Source: Moniliella sp. 'wahieum'
Lineage: Eukaryota
NCBI GenBank assembly: GCA_003971905.1
Contig: RSEE01000005.1
Span: 992,001 to 1,056,000 of the forward strand
DNA length: 64,000 bases
Reading direction: 5' to 3'
Positions 51,501-61,675 of the stretch are shown piece after piece; position 1 is the first letter of the stretch; each line of letters opens with the position of its first letter. The translations under genes and the position numbers were made by a program. Below the pieces are notes generated by a model, which was not told where the DNA came from, made no database searches, and was given only the letters and a program-made list of their open reading frames with translations.

Positions 51501-51922
51501 CGTTGATTAATGATTGTTGATTAATGATTAATGATTGGACGAGCCATCAATCGAACATGGTGTAGGCTTTTTGCTGATGCACTGATGCGCGGAAGCGATG
51601 ACGCCCCATATCAAATTGAGTATTGTTCGAGAAGAGGCACATAGCTTCGTTGGTGTGGTTTCTGGTTGTCTGTACTCTCGCTGTAGGTATTCTTCGGCTC
51701 TATACAATTAGCTTCGAGCTTTATCGATTACGGATTATCGATTAGCACGCTACATCAGTCCACCATCGGCATCATCTATACCAATCAAAAAGCGGGATGG
51801 AACAGAGATGATGATAATTGATCATCCGATCAATTCGGGCCAGATCGATGGGGGTGGTAGACACACATCACCCATAGGGATGTGAGAGGGTACAGCCCGG
51901 GGGAAATAGTGAGGAAAAGAAG

Positions 51923-51994
51923 AGACTCGAATGGGATTCGAACCCATGTCATCGCCTATGGGCCAGGGATGCGTTACCACTACGCTATCGAGCC
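51923..51994 (-). tRNA. tRNA-like gene with a non-canonical anticodon arm (nominal CCC, identity undetermined)
   Basis: GGCTCGA/TCGAGTC acceptor with U73, D arm GCGT-AGTGGTA-ACGC, T arm ATGGG-TTCGAAT-CCCAT. The anticodon arm TCCCT-GGCCCAT-AGGCG has a C:C mismatch and G33. Confidence 0.7.
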
Positions 51995-52320
51995 GGGATA
52001 AGAGCAGCTGCAGGATCACAGTCTAACAAGGGATAAGAAAACAACCAAAAAGGGGTCATAATTGTGGGACAGGCGGGGGAGCGGGGGGGCGGGAGGGGTT
52101 CCGTAAAGGCGGGGAACCGACCAGCCATCGAGAAAAAGAGCAGCCAAGTAGGTTGCCATATGCGAGGTATCTAGGTGAAAAGAACGGTAGGAGAAAAAGC
52201 TCATCGTGCTTTCGTCCCCATTAGAAGGAGGAAAAGGAGAAGGAGGGGCGTCCGTGGTGCAGCCGAAGTGGGAACAAGAGGGGGAGGATGAAAATATCCT
52301 GGTGTGGGGTTCTAGTGCAC

Positions 52321-53585
52321 CTAAAAGCAACCCACATCGAATTTCACAGCGCTAGCGATCAGAGGCGAAGCGGTGTACACATTCGGGGGCAAGCTGATGG
52401 TGCCTTTGACGGGGTGGGGATGAGGAAGGGGAGGCGAGTCGAGACTGCTGGTTGGGGACGAAGCATCTTTATTATTTAGCCCACCAGCTTTTGTTTCTTC
52501 CGATGCACTTGATCCAAAGCTTAATCTCGGTATCGACTCGACGGATGGACGCGGATGAGAAGCGAGGCGATGAAGAGGAAATTGAAGATGAAGGGAGGCG
52601 GAGGGAGGCCAGGCGGGGGGCAAGCTACGTCGTAGACTGATATATTGAACGGCGACCCGGGCTTGCGATAACTCGACCCCCACAGATACCGAATCGACTT
52701 TGGATCGGCTTTTGAGGTGGGACACCCCGTTTCGGTCAATACCCAAAGTGGTAAAAGCAGAGGGAAAAGGATTCACAGCCAGGCCAGAGGCGGAAGATTC
52801 TCCCACTGGATCGGATGGGGAAGGGGGTTGATTTCGGCTTATCGGAACGGGCCAAGACGAGGCGCCTTTACGATGGCCGAAACGACGGGGGGGGAGAAGG
52901 GAAACGATCCACTGTCCGGAGCAGCCAAGGGAACGGTGCGATGAAGTGCAAGTTCGCTCGATGGATTTTGGGGTGTGGCTTGTGGGAGGGGTGATCCAGG
53001 GGGGTTGGAAACGTGCGGAGTGATTCGAATCCCTTGGAGATCGAGACAGAGCCGCTGGAACTGTGGGACGAAGGGGAAGCATGCATCCTCCCTGGCCCGA
53101 GTTTGGTTTCATATGCGATTCCCGGCGTAGGGGGTAGGAGCCATGCGTTGGAGACACTGGACCCACGCCGCGTTCGCCCTGCGCGGCGAGGCGACGTACG
53201 CCCCCCTCCGGAAGCCTGCACTGGGTTAACAGAGATGTAGGCACTGTACACCAACAGAAGGAGGGTCAGCATTCCGAGACGCAGATCATGGTGGGGGGGA
53301 GGGAATGACGCACTCGGTCCATTTGGTCATGGTGCGGGCAAGTACATCATCGGGGACGGTGGAAGGGGTGCCAATGTGGGGCTAGGCACAATGGGTGTGG
53401 TAGATAGGCCGGGTGAAGATGCACCAACATGGGCGGAAGAAGCAAAAGGGGGTGGGACAGTCAAGTGATGCGGCAGGTGATGGGGCCCAGAAGCCTGGGT
53501 ACCCGGGCGGAAGAGGCAGGGGAAGAGCCAAGTGAGCCAGGTGTGTTGGGTATTGTGGTGAGAAGTGTAGAGGCTAGAGGGCATG
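52321..53585 (-). CDS. Possible S/P-rich hypothetical protein
   Basis: Long overlapping minus-strand ORFs (307 aa and the end of a 349-aa ORF). No recognisable domain. Confidence 0.3.
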
Positions 53586-55019
53586 GAGCCAGGCGTTGGA
53601 AAATATGGGTTGGGGAGAGAAGGAAATACAGAAAAACACCCGCAATACGCACAATAATAGTACTGGCGTAGCGGCGCACAGACAGCCGGAGAGAAGGGTG
53701 GAAGAAGGTGGAAGAACGACTTGACAGAGAGAACCTCGTTTGAGGTAGGCGATTTAAGGAAGGCAAAGTGGGTGTAGGAGAGACAAGGACGGGAAGAAAG
53801 GTGGTGTGGAAGAAGACGATAGGAGGATGGAAGAGGTGTGTGTATGAGGAAGGAAAGCAGATCAGATGATACCAGATGGGCAGCCTCGTCGCGGGAGATA
53901 TGAGGACAGCACACAGGCAGTAGGATGGCATAATTATTCGCTATCGCAAGCGATTTCGATATCGGGATGGGATGACCGCGACGATCGCGATCGATGATGG
54001 ACGAGCAATACATCGGTAGAAACCATACTTGGGGCTGGCTGACTTGGACCATGCATGTCGTGTCACTGTGACATGTGCCCTTTTGCGGCAGGCCGAGCAC
54101 GAACTCACAATGAGATCTGAGACTGACTGGGGTGGCAATTGGGTGCACGACAGGAGTGTCCTGCCTGTCAGAGCTGTCAGATCTCAGATCTAAGATGCCG
54201 GAGAGAAGCCCCGCTGAAGCACCCCACCCCACCAGAAAAGTTGGGGGTGGCAGCCCGGGCAGCACGACAGTGGCACACATGCATGGGGGAGGAAGGGTGC
54301 GTGCGCCAGAGCCCTGCACCCGCCTGCGCCCCCCAGGCGGTAAGATTGGCAGCAACCGGCAACCCGCCACTCTCACGTCCTACCAAGAGACGTACTACTG
54401 TATTAGAAGCGTACTTGCACGTACTGCACTGCGCCAGGGTATAGTGCTTGGAGAGCGCAAGGCTGCTTGAAGCTTAGCGTTCGGAAGGTGCCCTCTATTG
54501 CCAGGAACTGACTGAGCGAGGATGGTGAGTAAAGCTAGTAAGTACAGAAGAGCACTGAGGTACTGAGTTGAGTTCATTATCATTGAGTACGTTAAAGATG
54601 TGCTGAACGTTGAAAATACAAGCAGATACGGATGATTCGATGATGTGCTCTGGCGCACACATGGGTCTCTACAGCTTTACCTGCTCTATGTGGTGCTCGC
54701 TTGCTGCCATTTCTCCCACTCACCACTATTCAGCTGAGTCCTCCGCGTACTCAGCATTCGATATCTCTCACCGGCCTCCAGATTGGCCTGGAGGCCAAAG
54801 CATCGAACAGCTTTATATTGGTTCACATGCACATGTCACGCACGTGTCATCCGTCACGTCAGTCACATGACATGCTGCCACATTATGCCTTACGTGATGC
54901 AGCCATCCGCGTCTTCTTGAAACGTTGAACATCGAGCTTTGAAACCATCGGATGTGGGTAGTTGGGACGCGTCGCGACCTCCTCCAACCCACCAACCTTC
55001 GGTTGCCTCCAAGGCTGCC

Positions 55020-56677
55020 ATGTCTACCGCAGTCGTCAATCGCGGTGTGTTTACCGTGCGTCCACACACCTCCACCCAACCGTTAATATCCCACGGTGGT
55101 GCAGTGGCGCTCCCATCCCTCATAATCTTCTTTTCCCTGCATCCGATCATTAACACCCCCCTCCCCTTCTGTCACTCAGGCAACGTATGCCCAGACGAAC
55201 GTGTTTGAGATGGTTATCAATGGCACCCCTGTTATACGTCGTCAAGATGACTCGTGGGTGAACGCGACCCAGCTTCTCCGCGCTGGTGGCATTGACCGCC
55301 CAACACGCACCAACATTCTGGACAAGTACATGGCCTCCGAATCGAGTCACCGCCGTGTCCAGGGGGGTTCGGCAAGCTCCAGGGTACCTGGGTCCCTCTC
55401 TTTGCTGCCATCGAGCTTGCCAACCAGGTCCATATTGCGACCGAACTTCGGCCGCTGCTTCAGCCGACTCCACTTGTTGAAAAGGATCAGCCATCAGCCT
55501 CGGTGCCGCGTTTTGACAGGGAACCCCCGTGCGTCGCACTCGTCCTCGAGGTCGCCCCAGCGGGAGCGCTCGAGCCAGTCTCGGCGTCATTCATGCTTCC
55601 TCCCATTCTCCTCAACCTGGCGTGACGGGAAGCACCTCCCTACCGCCCTTCCATTCGGCCTCGCCCATGCCGATGGCGATGGTTCCCATGGGCATGCACG
55701 TCCCTCTGCCTGCATCGCCCCTCCATATGCTCCCTACCAGCTCTACCCTCGGGCAAATGGCCCGGCATCTTATCTCTCTGTTCCTGGACTCCCATGCTCT
55801 CCACCTCGCCCCCTGCACAGAGCCCAGGTCCCCCCTTTGTTCCGGCGCATTCCGGGCCCTACCTGCCGGCTAGCCTCCCCGCCAGGCCCGACATGCGCCA
55901 GCGTCCCTCCCCCATCCCAACACCCGATTACCCTTCCTATGCGATCCCCCAGCCCGCCCCTACCGAACAGATGGCCTTACTTAACGCGATTATCGAAGCG
56001 GGCGAACGAGGGGAAAGATGGCCCGTCCTTCCTTCCGGGGGGGATGTGACAGCGCCTCTAGATGCCGAAGGGAACACGGCACTGCACTGGGCTGCCGCTT
56101 ACGGGCTGGCGGAGGTGGTGGAAACGCTGGTCCAGCGTGGTGCGCTCCTCAACCAGCGCAACCGACAGGGCCAAACCGCCTTGATGATGACGTGTCGCAC
56201 TGCCTATGCCAGTGAGCGAGATAGCTTTCCTGTCTTGTTTCTTGCCTTGGCCAAGTGGGCCAAACCACCCACCCGCTTCGCCCTGGCCTGGGCCTATGAC
56301 CAGGACGGCAACACCTTCTCCATCACATTGTGCTTCTGGCCCGGACCCGCCCGGAGGTGGCCGGGACGTACATGACCGCTGCTGGCGGCACTGAAACAAG
56401 ATGCCTTGGGCAGCGCAAGTACGACCGCTGGTTCGCCCACGGGCTTGCAGCAGGTGGAAGCGTTGTTGAATTACCAAAATGCCGCCGGTCAGACTGCACT
56501 CTTGCTTGCTGCCCGGTACCAGCGGTGGGACCTTGCCAACAGCCTCGTTGCCGCTGGGGCCAGCACCACTTACCTGATCTGTATGGCGTGGTGCCTGCTA
56601 CGCTCTTACCCCTGCAGGACGAGGCACCTGCTGTCGCCCCCCCGGCCGCCGTCATCCCCGAAACAGTAACGGCGTAA
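55020..56677 (+). CDS. APSES/KilA-N DNA-binding domain + ankyrin repeats (Mbp1/Swi4/Res-like), short form
   Basis: Exon 1 'MSTAVVNRGVFT', phase-0 intron 55056-55179, then 'ATYAQTNVFEMVINGTPVIRRQDDSWVNATQLL..VQGGFGKLQGTWVP'. Ankyrin segments 'LDAEGNTALHWAAAYG', 'NRQGQTALM', 'DQDGNT', 'LLNYQNAAGQTALLLAAR'. Confidence 0.85.
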
Positions 56678-57978
56678 TCAAGTATCGTGTTGTATCAGTT
56701 ACCATCCCCTTTGTCAATTCTAAAGCATAGGACAACCATCTATGCCCACGGTAGTGCGGCTAAGGAAGACAAGTAAGCCTAGACAGAAAGGTCGGTAGCC
56801 GAGAAGAAGGCCAGCCAAGCGTGGTAGGGTGGTCGCGAAAGGATGCATTTCACAAGTGTAGGGCGTTTTGCGTACTCCGACGGCCACAGGTACTGAGGAA
56901 AATGTGCTCTAGCTGGTCGCTCACGAAGAGCGGCACAGCGAGCGACGGCATCCAAGACGGTCAAAGCGATTGTATAACCCACGTGCCGAAGGCCGAGGGG
57001 GTACGAGCACAGCATACCTGCCAGTCGGACAAGCCGACCCACAGCCAGCGCGCGTCGAGTACCCCCACCAGTTCAGACAATGCTTACTCTGTGGACGTTG
57101 CAACAAGCAAAGACTCTCCTCCTCAACGCAGGTAGAAGTGCCGCGGAGGGGGCTAGTGTGTCCGAATTGATGGAAGAAAGCGATCCTTGTCTGCGCCGGC
57201 TATCGACGTTGAATTTTTTTTTGGCGGACCACTGGACGCATGGGCGTGTTGCGCCTCCGCTGGGCACAATTCCGCCGCCGGAATGCAGGAAAGGGCTTGG
57301 GCCTGCGCGAAAGAAAATGCAAAGAAACGCGAACCACGTAATGCGCCTTCTCAAACGTTGGAATTCTTGCTGCCAGCCACGCCATGCCAGGCCAGGCACC
57401 ATCCAGCGATGCCGAAGGATGCAACGGATGCCCCAGGAATTCATGCGTCCGCTCCCGCGGCTCCTGCGTCGCATGCATCACCTCGGGCGCCTGGCCACTG
57501 TTTACTGTCACCGGCCACCCCAATCGAATCATCGCCCACAGGGCCAGAGCGCTTGAGTGCATGCGCATGGAGCCCTTGCAGCATCACGGCTTGGTCACAG
57601 CCAACTTCACACCAGCCGGCGATGCAAGCGGATGGCCCGACAAACAACCTCCCCCCTCCGGGACGGGGGCAGTGTGCGCGTGCCAGCTCGCGCGCGCTGG
57701 CTCGGCGGCACTGCTGGCGCGTAGCCTGCGCGCGCAGGCGCTGCAGGGCGCGGTTGTCGCGCATCCTCCGTCTAGCTCAGCGGCCGGGCTACACTGCCCC
57801 TGCGCTGCCCCCCAGCAAGCCGGGTTGTTTTGGTCTTCTGCGCGTCGGGTGTCGGCAGTGGCGATCGTCCGCAGCCACTCAGCCGGCCAGGTCACCTCCG
57901 TGGCGTTCAGCGTCCGTGTTTGTTCACCCACCCCCACCACCTCCGTTTCTCTTCCCCACCCTCCCCCGTATCTCCACC

Positions 57979-59065
57979 ATGGCGCGCGACCGCTTGGCCG
58001 CCATGCGCGCCCAGCAGCAAGTCCACGGGACACTGGGTACGACGCCCCCTCTGCCGGTGGCTATGCTGCTCCCAACTACGACTCGCCCGCCGCTGCTCCT
58101 ATGCCCCGACGCAGGCCTACGGTGCTCCGCAAGAGTACGAGATGCGTCCTGTCGATGGTGCTGGTGGCGCTGCGCCCAATGCCGCCGTGTCGTTCCTCAA
58201 TGAGATCACCGAGCTCCAGACTACCCTCTCTGCCATTGACGGCAACATTGCCAAGATTGCCGATGCCCACTCGCGCAGCCTCAATGGCGCGGACGAGGCT
58301 GCTTCGGCGGCCGCCGAAGCCGAGTTGGTCACGCTCACTTCGCAAACCCGCGGTCTGACCAATGCGACAAAGACGCGCATTCAAGTGCTCGCCACTGGCC
58401 AACAAGCTCCCTGCTGGCAAGGATAAGAACATGCAAGAGTCGCAGTTGAAAGCGATCAAGAGCCGGTTTAAGGATGCCATCCGTCGGTACCAGCAGTTGG
58501 AGAACGACTACCAGCGCAAATACCGTGCGCGCGCCGAGCGGCAATTCAAGATTGTCAACCCTTCCGCCACCCAGCAGGAGATTGACGCTGCGATGGACGA
58601 GCCCAACTCGCAGCTGTTTGCTCAAGCGCTCCTCTCTTCCAACCGACATGGCCAGGCTACTTCGACGCTGCGCGAGGTGCAGGACCGTCATGCGGAGATT
58701 AAGAAGATTGAGCAAACCATGGCTGAACTTGCCAGCTCTTCAACGATGTCGACATTCTTCTCACTGAGCAAGACGAACAGATTGACGTGGTTGCTGGCCA
58801 CGGTCAAGACGTGGAACGGCACATGAACCAGGGCTTGGATTCCACCAAAAAGGCTGTCGTGTCTGCCCGCAAGGCCCGCAAAAAGAGGATCATTTGCTTC
58901 TGGATCGTACGTTCGTGTTGTCTACCTCTCCAAGAGAATGGCTATTGACCTTTTTGCATTTGCTTGCGTCCTGTCCTCTCAGCTTGTCATCCTGGTGGTC
59001 ATTATTCTCGCTGTTGTCTTGGTGCGGGTGTGGGGTCGGGCAACTGCGGCAGCCACCAAAACTAA
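57979..59065 (+). CDS. SSO1: Plasma-membrane syntaxin Sso1/2
   Basis: 'MARDRLAAMRAQQQ', Habc region 'YRARAERQFKIVNPSATQQEID', SNARE 'LREVQDRHAEIKKIEQTMAELA..EQDEQID..AVVSARKARKKR'. The TM segment is split by an intron at 58907-58982. Confidence 0.92.
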
Positions 59066-59934
59066 TCCCCCTTCCCTCCCCCTATTCCCCCTTTCCACCT
59101 CGAAGTGGGGACTAGGTCGTCTCGTGCCCTTGTTCTGTGCTGTTTCTTTTCTTCTGCACTCGTTTTCTATTGCGGGCCCTGTCCTTCCTCTCGCTTCCAC
59201 TCCTCTAGCAGAGGTCCGCGCGCGCCCTCTTGCTCTGCCAATCGTTTTTTTCGTGGGGGGCACACCAACGGGTATACCCGAGGCCCGATACCTGGCTTGC
59301 CACTTATTTCTATCCAAGAACGCTCCTGTTGTCCCATGTGGGTGTATGTTGCCATAGAATCGTTTTTTTCTCTTTCTTTTTCTGTTTTTGCCCCCGACAG
59401 TTGCTGATCCGTGTACAACGCCCCCCAGCACAATCCGCCTTTCAGGTTGCTGTGAGGCTGAGATATATCCCCCCGCCCCTCTACTACGACGGATGTTCTT
59501 CTCCTCCCACTCCTTCCTCCCACTTCCTTCTTAATGCGGTTCTTGGTACTATTCGAAGTCACGGCTGGGTCAGCGTAGCTTATCTGCCTGCCCCTTTCCC
59601 TTCCTTCCTGCCGAAGCATCTTAGATAGCACGTGGATGGGCCTGGATCGTGGACTGGTGTCCCGTCTCCGGCTCCCAGATGCCAGCTTATGTTTCTTCTC
59701 CGCCTGCGGAAGAGGGCGAATAAAGACGCATGGTAGGCCCGCCATGTACCGCAGCAGCTGTGTGACATGTGACGCCGTGCATTCGTTCTTCTATCCACTA
59801 GCTGCAAAGCGTACCACACACGCGAGGCCGCAGCCGGCACGCAGAGTGGGACTGAGACGGATCTGCTACCTTGTTGGAAAGTAAGGTTCAATGCGATGGC
59901 ATGGCTATTCACCCTGTTTCTCCTGCTCAACAAA

Positions 59935-60030
59935 GCGGCTGTAGTTTAAAGGTAGAATTTTAGCCTTCCACGTTGGTTCTCAACCGGCAGGGGGCAGCTG
60001 AAGGTTCGGGTTCGATTCCCGGCGGCCGCA
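59935..60030 (+). tRNA. tRNA-Gly(UCC) with a 25-nt canonical intron (59971-59995)
   Basis: Acceptor GCGGCTG/CGGCCGC with A73, anticodon stem TTAGC/GCTGA, loop CT-TCC-A plus intron plus A, T loop TTCGATT, downstream T tracts. Confidence 0.92.
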
Positions 60031-60496
60031 CCTACTATTTTGTCTTTTTCTTTCGTCAGGCACACAAATTACTTTTCTTTCCCCATCACCCTCTCCACCT
60101 GCCAGTAGTGCACCCAGTCTACATCCCTTCGGTCCGCAGTCGTTCGCAGCGAAGCAGGGAATTCAGTGGTTGGGGGGACGCCGCGCGTTGACGCCATGCA
60201 TCGAAGAGGGGATGGAAATTGCTCGAGTAGGGGGGGCACAAGTAAGGAAGTGGACACTCTGGCATATGCGTGACAGCAAGGGAAACACGATTGAAGGGAG
60301 GACATAAAAACCGGGGATTGGACGGGTGCAGCAAATTGTTCAGCGTAGACTGGGCGATTCGAACAAGTGATATAAGATAGAGGGAACGGAAGATCATGAC
60401 CGTAAGGCTCGTCGGGCGACTGGGCGAACGATGGGAACAGTGGAGGTGATGGCGGTGGGGGTGGTGGCGGACCAACTGCGCCGAGAGTGGGTGCTA

Positions 60497-61675
60497 CTAT
60501 TGTCGGTGTTGGGTTTGTTGAGAGCAGACTCCCTTGGAGCACAGGGTGGCCACCACAGCCACTGCAATAAGAATAGCGGCAACAAGCAGAATACTGAGGC
60601 GCGAGTCAATTGCCACGACCAACAGAGCGTGCCCACTCACGGGGAAAGGAAGGCAGGAGGAAGCAGGGGAGAGGCTTAGGAGAAAAAGACTTACATCAAA
60701 CAGATCCAGCGCTTTTTGCGCGCTTGACGAGCGGCGAAAGCAGCTTTGCTGCTGCGCCGCTGTCCCGTCTCGATATTCTGGTAGTTTGTTTGAGCGCTGG
60801 AGACGGGTTGTGTCGATCGAGGTGTCCCCTTCCGGCGGAAGCGCATCCACATCCGCACCTAGATGCGCCATCTCCGCTACTGTCTCCTCCATTTTGCGCA
60901 TCTCGGTTAGCAAGGCGTACAGTTCACGTTCGGCAGCGTGGTCCGCCGGGTGGCTAGTGACAGGTGGCTGGGAGGGGGACCCATGCCCCCATAACCCCCC
61001 TCCATCGCCTTGGTCAGCTCGGCCTCGGTAGCACCCGGATGGAGGATCTGATACTGTTGCTCGGCCTGTGCCCGCATCGTACCGCGGTATGCAGTTGCCA
61101 CGTCGGTATAGCGCTGAACGAGCACCTTAAATTGAGTCGTGAGCATGGCGAGTCGTTTGGCTTGGGCGGAAGCTACTGGCGTGAGTGGGGCACGGGCAAG
61201 TTGAGTAGCGATTTGCTGGATTCGGCTCTTGATTTGGGCGGCCAGGCCACGGGTTTGGGTCTGGGCTAGGTCCATTTGGTCCCATGGTCCTGCTGTGTTC
61301 CGACTTTGACCCAGGGCCTTCTCGAAGGCAGCGATGGCATGTTCCAACTCGGTGACAGGGCCTGCACCTCGTCCACCTCATCCCACAAGGTCCGTGGCGC
61401 AGCCGATGGTTGTGAAAAGCTGGTCAACTCCATCGTACTGTCCCCCTTTCCTTCGGGTCCACCGAGGGAAATGCGAGATGCAAACTTATCGTCCTCGTCG
61501 TCGAGGGGGGGATAGGAGGTGTTGTACGCGTGGTGCGTGGGACTGCTGTCGTCGTAGCCATAGCCGTAGCCGCGGTAGCCATCCGAGTCTGGCTCGGCGT
61601 GGGACAGCTCGGGGAAGGAGACCGCGGGCGTGGGGGGACGATGCCCGTGGGAAGGACGGGGCGGACGGGCTGCAT
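60497..61675 (-). CDS. Divergent second Sso-type syntaxin
   Basis: 'QTRGLAAQIKSRIQ..QFKVLVQRY..MRAQAEQQYQILHPGATEAEL' parallels the neighbouring Sso1. Also 'EMRKMEETVAEMA' and a C-terminal TM 'LSILLVAAILIAVAVVATL' after an intron. Confidence 0.75.

Noticed and set aside
33139..51745. Restriction-site clusters as cloning-vector polylinker contamination
   Set aside because: The sites are tandemly repeated, degenerate, limited to A..T hexamers and dispersed across many intergenic regions. No vector features are present.
51940..51970. Reading the odd tRNA as initiator tRNA-Met because of the GGCCCATA word
   Set aside because: It lacks A1:U72, the AUCG T-loop and the three G:C anticodon-stem pairs, and CAT is not centred in the loop.
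56780..57950. Overlapping 300+ aa ORFs upstream of SSO1
   Set aside because: Very GC-rich DNA with few stop codons and no domain-like sequence. The real reading frame starts at MARDRL (57979).
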